Origin: Cycas panzhihuaensis
Taxonomy: Eukaryota > Plantae > Cycadophyta
Length of the DNA: 64,000 bases
NCBI GenBank assembly: GCA_023213395.1
Contig: CM041465.1
Coordinates: 33,983,741-34,047,740, forward strand
Direction of reading: 5' to 3'
This document shows positions 11,790 through 22,975 of the stretch, piece after piece. The translations under genes and the position numbers were made by a program. Below the pieces are notes generated by a model. The model ran no database searches and was not told where the DNA came from. It was given only the letters and a program-made list of their open reading frames with translations. How positions within the stretch are numbered: the stretch's first letter is position 1; the number at the start of each line of letters is the position of its first letter.

Positions 11790-13150
11790 TTTAATCAAGA
11801 CAAGAGTCATTTTGCAACCTCTACACCCATAGCCTATGGAATGGATTTCTTGGTAGTTGGGAGCTTAACAATGTTATTTGGATCTTACATTTTGTATCTT
11901 GCTTTGCTTTTAAGAGATGGCAATGTAGTTGAAATCTAAAGAGTGTACGATTATAGTATTGGTCATAGAACTCGTTAGTCTCTATTTTTTTGTATTTTAA
12001 ACAAATGTGGATTTCCTATCAAACACCATTTAAAGCTACACAACCTGGTTTCGATACAATAACTCTTTAAGAATATTTTTGTGCCATAAGAGGGCCATCA
12101 AAAATCAAGTGTGGTTGAATTTACCTAAAGAATAAAAGCTCAAGCCCATCAAGTTTGGTCCATTGACCTTAAAGTCAAACTTAACAAACATGCATGAAAA
12201 TCCATCCAATCTACAATTCAAATCAGTTTAAGTTACATGTGCCATCAATCCTTGAAGAAGGTAACATAAATGCAATTCAATGCCTTAGGACTCAAACCTA
12301 AATTTTCACATGCCCTCAACAAACCTAATGTTTTAAAGAAGCATAAGATGTTTGAGGGCCATGATGTAATAAGATGACAAAGTAAAAATAATATCCATAC
12401 TAATTAAAATGGTACACAAGTTTTAAGTCAGAGGCACAATTTCAAATTTTATATTGAAAAGCAATGGAGATCATTGCTTTTTAAAGAAGCAATGATGATA
12501 ACGCTACAAACTTTAATATTAATTGTTAATTATACATTTATTCTCTCTCTCCATGGTTTGATAAGCATGCTTTTCATTGGTAATCAATGTCCAAGCAATA
12601 AACTAATAAGCTTGTTAGAAATTTTACCAAAGAAACTTGTTTGAAACTTTTTCCATGAAGTGATTTATGTGTGATGTATTTTTAACCGATGTAGACCTAC
12701 ATATTCTTAATGCCATTGTAGAAGAAAGAAATGCATAAAATTGCTCTTTGGGCATGTCTTATGTCATAAAGAGATATCCAAAGTTAAAAGGCATAAGAAG
12801 AGCAATTTTTGACCTATAAAATTACTAAAAATATGTTATTTTTCACATGCCCTAACATAAGCATGGATAGGAGAGGGACTATGTGCATGCATCTCTCTTC
12901 CATCTGGAGAAGAATTTATATTGCTTTATTAGGATTGGCTAAATTTACATTGCAAAAGCTATCTCCATATGTTCGTGCAAAATAGAGATCAAAGCACTAA
13001 TTTATGCTTCATGGTCCAAATGGAAAGATTGTTTTCAAGCTACAAGTGAATCCAATATTAATCAAAGATGACAAATCTCTATTTTATGAAAATTTCTATT
13101 GTCTTATATTGAATGTCAACAATCTTTGGAATTTACAAAATCTTTATTTA
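11790..13150 (+). pseudogene. Highly decayed cyclic nucleotide-gated channel (CNGC)-like pseudogene fragment
   Basis: Colinear fragments: ILQPLHP..WNGFL (cf. ILDPQG..WNKIF), TLQTLILIVNYTFILSLHGLISMLFIGN (cf. S6 GLVLFALLIGN), CLKLF..DVDLHILNAIVE (cf. CL.L..MDE.LLDAICE), WIGEGL (cf. FCGEEL), VRAK.EIKA. Confidence 0.4.
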
Positions 13151-13319
13151 TGTTACCAAGCCTTATTTGGCGATTCCTCCTGGGATAGATTTTGATTGCT
13201 CTCTCTAATATTTATATTAACCCATTGCACCCCAAGGAGATTAACAAATCAATATTACCAACCTTGCCCATAACAATATATTAATACCAAAAGAATTGGT
13301 CACCACCCCAACTATAATT

Positions 13320-16300
13320 TTTTTTAAGGTAAAAAATAGAATTCACTGAATTATAAATTTAAATGTAGTACAATATGCTAAAGAGCCCAAAGGTTAAGTG
13401 GATGTACTTTCCCAGTCTTTTACATGTAGTGCACTCAAAATAATAGTATTAGAATGTAGATTTTTTTTAAGTTTTTTGTGGAGAGAAGTGAAGCAAAATT
13501 TGTGAGACAGCCATTGCAGAATATCCTTCCTTATGCGCCCAAAAGTTTGGTTAAAGGACAAGACTAATTTTTGAAAATAAGTTATGGTACAGATTTTCCA
13601 AATTTCATGTAGATTATCTTGAAAAGAAGAAACCGAAGGTCTATCAAGTGTCGATGGATCATGAACCAAACATATACCATAGCCTAGCTCTCTTTAATTA
13701 ACCAATAATGAAGAGGCAATTGACCATTACAAATTTCGATGAAACCTTGGTCCAGGTTAAAAATTTGAAAAGTGGTATACCATATGTCGTAAACCAAGGG
13801 GCATTGCCACTAAATGTGATCGAAGCTATCGTTCTGAGCACCACATACTGGGCAGTAAGATTGGCAATTCATATTCAACTGATCCCATGTGCCCTAAAAA
13901 ATGAAAGCCTTATGCAAGATCCTCTAGTGAAACATGCTGTATTTGGGTTGAGCTTATTTCCACCATATCCATCCCTATTCAACTTGAGGCTGGACATGTC
14001 AAAATTGTTGACTATGTAACAAGTAGTATAATTCTTTAGACTCAAAGACTTGACCCCTAAAAAGAAACCTAAAACCTTTCTCCTTCTCTAAATCCTTTAA
14101 GGCAATAAGAGGGTCCACTTACTGCATGAAAAAATTAAGTCTATTTGCCATCTGCAAGAGAAGAGGTTCAGGCTGAGGGTTGAGTCCTATTAGAAGCTCA
14201 ACAAAGTTCTTCCAATGAAGTTGATTAAAGTCGTGGAACTGAGCCACTTTTTGTCAATTGTGAGCGCTGAAGAATTGAGCTAAAAGTATGAATTCCTCTT
14301 AATTGACTAGCAAGGAATACCCAGAAGGCAACCACTTATCGGTCTAAAAATTGACTTGAAGGCATGTTAATCCTGGAGAAAAATAGTATTGTAGTGGAGA
14401 TTGCCCTAGGCAGCTACTATATGATTCCAAATTATGTATCATTTGTTAAGATGGCTAGGAGTAGCTAGTTGTTTAGCAGAATATGCAAAACAATACTTCC
14501 TTCTAATAATGCAAGGCCATTTATTGTTTTCTCCGTTCCATAGGTTCCACAATCACTTGGCTCCTCTTACCTTCGACATGATAAAAGGGTCTTTGAGGCT
14601 GATGCCACCTCGACCCTTGTGATCTGACACCATGCTCCATTTCACTGGATAAAATGTCTTCATTTCAATTGATCATGGTTTCCATAAAAATCTTATGAAC
14701 AGACTTTGAATTGTTAATAGCACTGCTTTGGGAGCTTGAATGATGGACATTAGATAATTAGGGATTTGAGATAGATCGATTCTATTAGATTCCATCGACC
14801 TGCTAAGTTGAGAGACCTGGTTGGATAAGCGTCTAACTTATTCTTGATTTTAGAATGTAAGGACACCAGTTAGAAATTTTTAATCTAAAAAGACCTATAA
14901 GGATACTTAAATATTTGAAAATTGTGGATCTAGAGGCGATTGAAATCTCAAAAGTTGTGCCCAAGGTGGAATGCATCTCTATATCTACTTCATTGAAGAT
15001 AATGCTCAATTTACTGTGATTGATTGTCATCCATGTTACAAGGCCAAAGACACTAAGCGCTTGGTCCAAGTGTTGATTTTTGCATGTGAAGGGTGACCCT
15101 ATGATCTGCGAATATCTGATGCATTGTTATTTCTATACCATCAATAGAAATCCCTTGAAGAAGACCTATTGATTGAAGCCATAATAGTAAAGATGAGAGG
15201 CCTTCCATGGCAATCACGAAAAGATAAGAAAATAAGGGACAACCTTGACAAATTCCTTTGTTCGTGTAGATAAGACTGTCTATTGAGCCATTGATTTTTA
15301 CGGCCATTGAGACTAAAGAAATCATGCATTTAATCCAATTGATATGGTCTGTTTGTAAGCCCTTTCAGGAAAGAATAGTAAAAAGAAAATCTCATTCCAC
15401 TATGTCATAAGCTTTGTTGATGTCTAATTTGTGCAGAGCAGCTTGTTGCCTTTTTGTACGTATAGTGTGAAAACCCTTAGCAATCACAATTATATTGCCT
15501 GTTATGTGTTGACCTCTTGTAAAGGTTGTTTGGTTTTCATTAACAACCTAAGGAAGGAACTCTTTGAGCTAGTTAGCTAAAACTTTGGCTATTACCTTAT
15601 ATGAGGTGTTGCAAAGGCTTATGGATCTCCACCAGTGAATGGTGGATGAAGTACCACTTTTTGGAATCAAGAATATCATAGTTGCATTGATAGTTGGGTG
15701 TATTCTTCCAGTCCAACGAACCTCTTCAGCGAGGAGATGTGGCACCTCATCAGAATCTATAGCCAATAGAAACTCAACAAGCATTCCATCCAGGCGCCGA
15801 GATTTGCCTTTGGGAAGCTTTGTCATAATTTTGTGTATCTCCTCCTTAGTGATCGACCTACTAAGAGCATCATTGAAGTTTCTACAACACTCCTCCAATA
15901 TTGGGTTCACCTTGAAAAGTATGATTTGAGCAGCTCTAACTTTAGTAGAAGAAAAAACCTGAGTGGTCCACAATCTATTGTAGTGATGGTGAAACTCAAC
16001 TTGAATTTTGTGACATCAATACGTGATCTTCGTAGGAGAAACCTATAGACACTAAAGCGACCGTTGATGTTGCATTGCTTTTGCATAATGGTTGAAGAAT
16101 TTTGAGCTCTAATCTGCATGAGGTTTCCATTGAATATTTGACCATGCTTTCTGTTTTTCATATTCCTGCTTTTGCATAAGCAAAAATTGATCATTTAAGT
16201 CAATGAGCCTTGATTGAAAGTCATGCGAACCTTTTCCTTTTTCAAAATCCTTTTACAAATCCCGAATGGCAACCAGCATGTATTCCCTCCGCTCCTTAGA

Positions 16301-19241
16301 TTTGCATTTGTAATCTTTGCCAAACATCTTGATGCAAAATTTGAGACGCTTCATAATTGTTGTCCATCAAGCACTAGGGTTGTCTAAAGTATTTGAACTG
16401 GTGTATAGTTTCTCCCACCATTGGTGAAGGGCAATCCTAAAGTCATCCAATTTGAGTAAATTTATGTTGAATTTGAACAATGTCTTCCCTATAGAAGAAG
16501 GATTGGCCCCAGAGAAAAATTGAATTTTTATGGGAATATGATTAGATATCATGGCTGCATTCACCGAGATGTATTGGTACTAAGCAATGAGATGGCTAAG
16601 CAAATTTGAAATGTAGACTCTATCCAGTCTTTTAGTTATGCAATTGCTACCCTGTCAGTTGTTGGTCCATGTAAACTTCAAAGACCCCTTCCAAGGAAGT
16701 TCAGAGAGACCCAAAAAAATTTTAAGTTCAACAAATGTTAAATTGTCCTTTTGATATGATCTTTTGAAATTACCACCTAATTTGTCATTAGGATATTCCA
16801 TAAAATTAAAGTCCCCTAATAATAGAATATGGTCATGTTCTGCTTGATAGTTGTGAAAAGCACCTGTGAAAACTTGCCACAAGTCGTGTCTAACTCAAGC
16901 ATCAGTAGAGGCATAGACTCCAATGACTCAACAAACAAAATGGTCCTTCTCCATTTTCAAACATAGCTAGTTTTGAAAAGAGCTTGCAAATACTAAAGCA
17001 TCTTCCACTAATTGTTCCATAAAATACAAAGTCCTCCAATGGGTCGGTCTGGAGTAATCGCTTTTCATTGTGTCGATGGCCATATACTTTGAATAGTGCA
17101 CTGCATGTCATTGTCAAACACAATGTGAGCTTTGTTAGAACCAAAAAGTGAGGATGATGATGTCGAACTATACGTTTTAGCTCTATGCGTTTGCAAAAGT
17201 AGGGGGGACCACTACACTTGATGTTCCAAACCATTGTTGAAATGTTATTTCTATCCATTTGGTTAGAAAGAGTTGATGCAAGCTAGAGATTTAAGTCGAG
17301 TGCAATGCAAAATATCTTCATTGCTAGACATGTGTTGTTGAGTTTGTTGAACATTCACATTTGGAGATCTTGTTTTTTTTTTTTTTTTTCACATTTGGAG
17401 ATCTTAACCATTGAGTTTCTAAAACATAATCCAGAGATTCTACTTTCTCCATATGCATGTCATCTGAATTCTCTCGGGGATGCCTTGGGCCAAGCACTGC
17501 AACAGCCTCAGAAGTTTGTCCTTGGATTGGTGAAGCAACCTTCATCCTTTTCTTGAATTGATCTTTAGAATCATTGAAATCTAACTATGGAGGGTGGGTA
17601 CTCGTGAGGTGACCTTTGCCTTTGTTTTGCAAATGATTAATGACTAGCATCCACCTTTCTTCTTCTTTTACCTGAGGTAAGGTCATGTGTTGATGATGGG
17701 CGGCCATTTCCATGTGAGCTTGCAAAGTTTCCTCAATGTTAATGGGATTATTCCCCGCCAACTACTCCTCCTCCTTATTGATCTTATTAGTATCTGACTA
17801 AGTGGGAGGCCTTTGGTCCAAAATGACTTCATATCTCCAAGGGTCTGAATTAGGAGGTGCCTAGAATAAGTGACAAAATTTATGCACATACCCAATATTA
17901 CGACATGCGATGCATCTGAATAGAACTCTTTCGTAATCCAAATTAATTTTGATTGACATATTTGCAACTTTAATAAATAGGTGTTTTTGAGCGGTTTAGT
18001 CATATCTAACTCGACACACACTTTTGCCACCCCCTAGTAGTGTGATCTAAAGTGTTCGAGTCTAACTTGATAACTTTGCCCATCATAGAACCTATTTTGA
18101 TTAATCGTTCTCGTTCTCTAAATTCATTAGGCAAGAAAGATAGACGGATCCAAACTGGAATTTTCAAAGGCCCTGAGTTACTCAAATCAATTATGGGGGA
18201 CCTACGTTGAAGGGCTAGGCTGAATTTTGCATGAACCAGGGACCTCCATATAGAACCTTTTCCAAATTTGTTGTATTTGAAAAGAAAATGTTAAAAAAAA
18301 CTTTTCCTTTTAGTTCAAAGGCGACTTTGCTCGAAAGAAAGCGAGCCCATACCACTTTCGCCCATTCTTTTAGAGACCATATGGGGGGATAAAGATTGTT
18401 GAATTTGCCAATGAGTGTTTCTGCCTAGAGTTCCATGCAAATGCTTTCAATATCCTCAACCGGGAAGCCAATAGTGTTTGTTTCATAATCCACCATTCTC
18501 AGTAGTGTGTTGAGAAGTTCCTTGTCAGTAGCTTTTTCCTGATTGTTGTATTGCGAGACTTGGGCCTGGGATGCCGATGCATATGGATTGAGAAGGAAAA
18601 AATTGCAAACTTCATTTAGGAGGTTATTCTATTGCATGACTAATAAACCAAGTTGTGCATCTTTCCTTCTAAAGCAATCTTGAACGGATTCTGAGCCCCA
18701 AATTAATTGGGGCCTCAAATCCTGCCTATTATTTTGAATTGGAGCAAATACTTCCTGCATTGGGATCAAACTAGAGAAAAGCAGTAAAAAAACTCCATGT
18801 ACTGCTAATGTGAAAATTTTAAAGTGTCAATGAAACTTACCTTTAATTCAAGGTTTCCAAATGCAGATCTATGCAGAGACATCGCATGCAGCCACATGCG
18901 ATAGAGTGAGAAGCAAAGGAGAAGTTTGATTCAACGTCTTCAGATGCAGATCTATTCAGAGATATCAAATGCAAAAGCATGCAACCTTGATTGTAGACAG
19001 AAAAAACAAAAGGAGGAGCCACACCCTAACAAACTCCATTCGCAACTCAGAAGGAAAGCCTACAAGTTGTTCAAGAGATTTCCTCAATGCCCTACGAGGA
19101 GCTGGCAAAAAATGGGTAGGAGATTAGATTGTGGTTTGTTCGTGTCCTGTCTAGTTTGTCGCCAATCTAGTTCGTTTGGTTCGCTTGATTTGCCTGCCTG
19201 GCCCATTTGGTTTGTCACCTGCCTTTCCTGTTCGTCTATAA
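13320..19241 (-). mobile_element. L1-clade LINE, apparently full length, degenerate, no RNase H domain
   Basis: ORF1 DUF4283-like (LIGKF...GPW...IPVWIRL...AKVCVELDMTKPL) at ~17300-18760. ORF2 from 17258: endonuclease (WNI, LLGDFN, SNHIPI) and RT (RSISLCN..YK, LDINKAYD, GICQGCPL, FAD). T-run (polyA) at 13318-13325. TSD aactataatt at 13310-13319 and 19242-19251. Confidence 0.9.
18771..18840 (-). other. Candidate 70-nt spliceosomal intron in LINE leader
   Basis: AAG|GTAAGT donor at 18840, U-rich body, TTTTCTCTAG| acceptor at 18771, ATG at 18760. Confidence 0.4.
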
Positions 19242-20899
19242 AACTATAATTAGATATCTAAGTAGGCTTAAAACCCAAGTTAGACAAATGTTGTGCAAGT
19301 ACATTCTTCACCCCATGATCCCTACCGATGATCAAGACATAACCAATATAGGGTGTATTCAATATTTACAAAATTTATTTGCTCCTTCCCAAGCACTCTC
19401 ACACATGCAAGGATGGTGTGGCCCAAATGGTCTAAAGACATTAAGAGCCTGAAGGCATTAATGATTTATTCCAACGATATCTGATTACAATGACCGACCT
19501 TTCATGCCATTAACAAAAACATCTTCCAAGTAGTCCCGACCTTTCAAATTATTAACTATTAACCCTTAAGTAATAATTATTAACCTGTAATAACTTTAAC
19601 CAATATCATTAATCCTAGTTAACCTATTCACCTCTAATTGATTGTTCTAATAAAATGAACTATCTTGTCATATCCATACCACAGCCTACGTCACATAAAT
19701 AATAATGTGGGAAAACATTGATAATAGCCAATAAGACACAATTAGACTTTAGTAACCATAAACAAGAAGTAAAAGCATTTTGGTATTTAATAATAAGAGA
19801 TATGCTATATCAAACCCTCAATCATTCGTAGTAAGAGAAACATATTTACCCTACTGAAGTCCAACTTTTACAGCATTAGACTATTATAAAAGAAATATAT
19901 TTTCTGCTTACCAAGAATTTAATCAAATTGGTTTTTTGCAATCAATTATAAAATAATATTGCCCTGTCCGGAAAGATGGTACAAAGGTCTGACAATTATT
20001 AGAATCTTAAAAAATCTCTTAGGTAAATTTCCGTGACACAGTAAAGGTAGCACAATTTTGTGAATACATTTCACAACCTCTAGGTGTATTCCTATGGCAA
20101 GGACAATGTAACATAATTTTGTATCGGAACGGACATTTTATGATCCCAGTGTATGATGCCCATTTAGCCTCAGTTTGGGAGCATGCAAACTTCATATTGC
20201 TTAAACTCATTCTGCGGAAATTCTCAATGTTTGGCTTGTACACTCTGCTCAATTCCTTCTGCTACAATAACCCAATCCTGCAATAGTATTGATGAACCCC
20301 ACCATCCAACAGTATAGTCCTCTTCAGCGTAAATGATCTGCAAGGGCACTTAAAGGTGTTAAAGCTTGTAGGGTATTCATCCATGACAACATTGTAAGAG
20401 GTGCACCATTGGGAAAGCGAGGATGGAGAAACCTCGCTCTGACCACACTCCTCATGGCACCAGCAGCTAGCAAAGCGGAATGTACAAAAGATCTTAGGTC
20501 ATGCAGCCCAGTCAGCCTGTTTGTCCCAGATAGCTTCAGGCCTGTGAAGAGTCCATCTTGAAGGGAAAGGTTAGAGGCAGATGAACATACCCTCTCTGCC
20601 CCATCACATACCTTTGGTTGGAAACAGCACCAAACAAAGGCTGTCACATTTATCAGGTGCTGGAAGCCTAAGCTTACTCCCATCAATGGTCAAATTAATG
20701 GGACAAGCTGCCTGTGGACACTGCAGCATATATATATTGATGGGAAAAAAAAGTATTGATACCTTCTGATGACCCTCAGGCATTCTCAGTGAGCAGGGTA
20801 ACATTTTGGCCAAATTGCTCAACGTGGTTGGGCTGCTAAATTTATCTAATTCCCTTTTCAGTCCACACAAAGTCATCAATATGCATAAAAATGCAGAGG

Positions 20900-21083
20900 A
20901 AGCCGGGTTGATCTAATGATTATTAAGTGGAAACTAGTAAACAATAACGGACACAAGTTCAAATCCCTTGGAGTCCCACCAATTCCCCACACAACACCAC
21001 AGATTCCATAACACCATGGCTGCATTATTAGCAACAGGGAACTTGGGTCAATGTCAGTGGGACTCCTTTTTATACCAAAAAAA
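20900..21083 (+). mobile_element. Candidate tRNA-derived SINE
   Basis: A-box-like TGATCTAATGA (~20909), B-box-like AGTTCAAATCC (~20956), ..CCCACCA, then an unrelated body ending in an A-rich tail (tttttataccaaaaaaa). No TSD found. Confidence 0.4.
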
Positions 21084-21145
21084 CCAATCATGGCAAATTC
21101 AACAGCATATTTAGGGAGCTTCAAAGACACACTAGTTCAAAGGAT

Positions 21146-21650
21146 ACCAACTTTCCTACAAAGATCAGCAAAATTCTAATTTGCCACTGATAAGAATGCA
21201 CATAGCCACCAACCACGAGTCTAGGACCCTGCCAAATTTTAATTGTGTCAATCTTCTTCCTACAAAGGCCCTGCAGATTTGTATCAATCTTTTTCCTCTG
21301 AAGAGCCTCCAAAATATCAATCTGCTATCAATACCAGAACATTTGCCTGCAATTTTCCTTACAAATCAACAAGCATAAGATCCTATGCTCTCAAATTTCC
21401 TTGGGAATCAACAGAGTCCAAGACCCTGCAAAATATTGGCAATGCCCCTCTTTTTCCTCCAAAGACCCTGCAAAAATTTAAAGATGCCAAGCCTTTTCCT
21501 GCAAAGACTCTGCAAAATTTTAATCTTCTACCAATAAAAGTGTGCATCGCCACCAATTCCCTTGAAAATAAATTGAAAGCAAAGTCCTCCAACAATCCAT
21601 TCTGTTATACATAGAAATTCACATGGCCGCCAATTTCCTTGCAAATCAAT
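21146..21650. repeat. Degenerate higher-order repeat array in the 3' flank of the nuclease gene
   Basis: Core AAGACCCTGCAAAA-like at 21223, 21265, 21301, 21420, 21462, 21504 and 21581, plus several copies of the CDS-terminal motif. Confidence 0.75.
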
Positions 21651-22651
21651 TGAGAACTTGCTGCAAGCACTTTGCTCTGAGATATAACTAAATTTGTATG
21701 GCTGTGCCGTGGTGGAGGCCTATAGTAATAAGCATTCCTTCTTCCAAAAGCTGACAAAGCTTGCCTGGCAGGTACCACATTTCCCCACCAGAAATCACTA
21801 ATTACCTCGTGTATCAAGTTCCAATAGTCGTGGCTTCTGCAAATCCTAAAAATTGAGCTTCCACTGATAGTCCAAACATAAAAATCTACCCAATCTCTAT
21901 CCAGTATCTCCATTAAACCCTGTACCTGTGGCATGTAATAATAGGGTACCGCAGTCCAAGGTAATCCAAGCTCAGGCCTCCCCTTATTGTGAGGGCATTT
22001 AACCTCCAAAATTCCACCATTATGCTTAACTAAAACTGATGGCCACTCTTCCGTAAAGCCATTCTCAATTAAGCCCGATGGGCGTCCCTCAATCATCCGA
22101 TTCTCAATTAAACCTGAGGGGCATTCTTCAATCAATCCGTCTGGAGATGCCCCTAGCCAACTATGCAATTCATCATTTTCGCGGTATATCTTAAAGCCCA
22201 AATCCTCCACAACGTTTCCAGTTATTGTTTTGTATCTCTGTATTGCCGTCGGCTCTTGTTGAATTCCCCATGACATGGCTGCGCTATAAACAGGATCCTC
22301 CCTCACAAAACCCTTCTCCTCCCTCACAAAGACCTTTTCCTCCCACAACTCGGCTCTTCCACCTTTCCAAAATCCAATGGCTTTACCAAAGGAGCTTGTT
22401 GTCAGTCTATTTCTTCTCAATGCAAACCATTCCTCCGTACGCTGGGAGACATCAGCGGGGATTGAACCTATTACGTCTAATCCCGGAACCAAACAACGTG
22501 CCTTTCTGTTCCTGGCCTTCAAATAAATGGGCCTCTTGCAACCATCACCGACTTCTTGAATGCAATCCTCTCTACCGAACTGCCTGTATTTCTGCTTTCT
22601 ACCAAATACCCATGTTGCCTTGCCATATTTCCTAGCAAAAACTGTTCTCAT
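21605..22651 (-). CDS. YqaJ-like viral recombinase / lambda-exonuclease family PD-(D/E)xK nuclease (plant 'restriction endonuclease type II-like' protein)
   Basis: Uninterrupted 348-aa ORF with QRTEEWFALRRNRLTTS, MSWGIQQEPTA, WLGASPDGL (motif II Asp), ILEVKCP (ExK) and YYMPQVQGLM. CpGs are retained, unlike in the flanking TEs. Confidence 0.92.
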   Translation of the reverse strand: MRTVFARKYGKATWVFGRKQKYRQFGREDCIQEVGDGCKRPIYLKARNRKARCLVPGLDVIGSIPADVSQRTEEWFALRRNRLTTSSFGKAIGFWKGGRAELWEEKVFVREEKGFVREDPVYSAAMSWGIQQEPTAIQRYKTITGNVVEDLGFKIYRENDELHSWLGASPDGLIEECPSGLIENRMIEGRPSGLIENGFTEEWPSVLVKHNGGILEVKCPHNKGRPELGLPWTAVPYYYMPQVQGLMEILDRDWVDFYVWTISGSSIFRICRSHDYWNLIHEVISDFWWGNVVPARQALSAFGRRNAYYYRPPPRHSHTNLVISQSKVLAASSQLICKEIGGHVNFYV

Positions 22652-22845
22652 TTTTCAGATATAATCTTCCCCACCAAACAAAACAGATACGAATGAGATT
22701 ACCCACTAACACCAGATTGCAAGACTCAGAAATGCCCACGGTACAGAATGCAGAGGGTCCTTAAGGAAAATGAATTCATAAAAACCGAAAGTAAGTAAAT
22801 AGCAAATTGAAAAAAGAACCAAAAAAACTGAAGAGAAGATCTTAC

Positions 22846-22975
22846 ATATTTCAATGGAATAATCGCCACCACCAACGGGAGTTTCACTGAAACTCATCAC
22901 AGTCCTCATTTGGCCACACCTCTTATACCAGCACCAAAAAAGAATATTGGCAGCTTCCTTCAACTTCAATACCAT
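22846..22975 (-). CDS. Candidate upstream exon of the YqaJ gene (coding N-terminal extension or 5'UTR/uORF)
   Basis: ATG at 22975, 130 nt to a phase-1 GTAAGA donor at 22845, U-rich intron, phase-compatible CAG acceptor at 22642 (would give 388 aa). Confidence 0.4.

Noticed and set aside
20324-20879. Short ORFs (120 aa, 91 aa) as a second protein-coding gene
   Set aside because: No recognisable domain, and one implied intron is only ~43-52 nt; more likely 3'UTR sequence.
20900-20981. Functional tRNA gene
   Set aside because: No complete cloverleaf could be built; only A/B-box-like motifs.
21220-21600. Bona fide CRISPR array beside a Cas4-like nuclease
   Set aside because: Eukaryotic context, short degenerate non-palindromic cores, irregular spacing, no cas1/cas2. 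Kept only as an unexplained repeat array.
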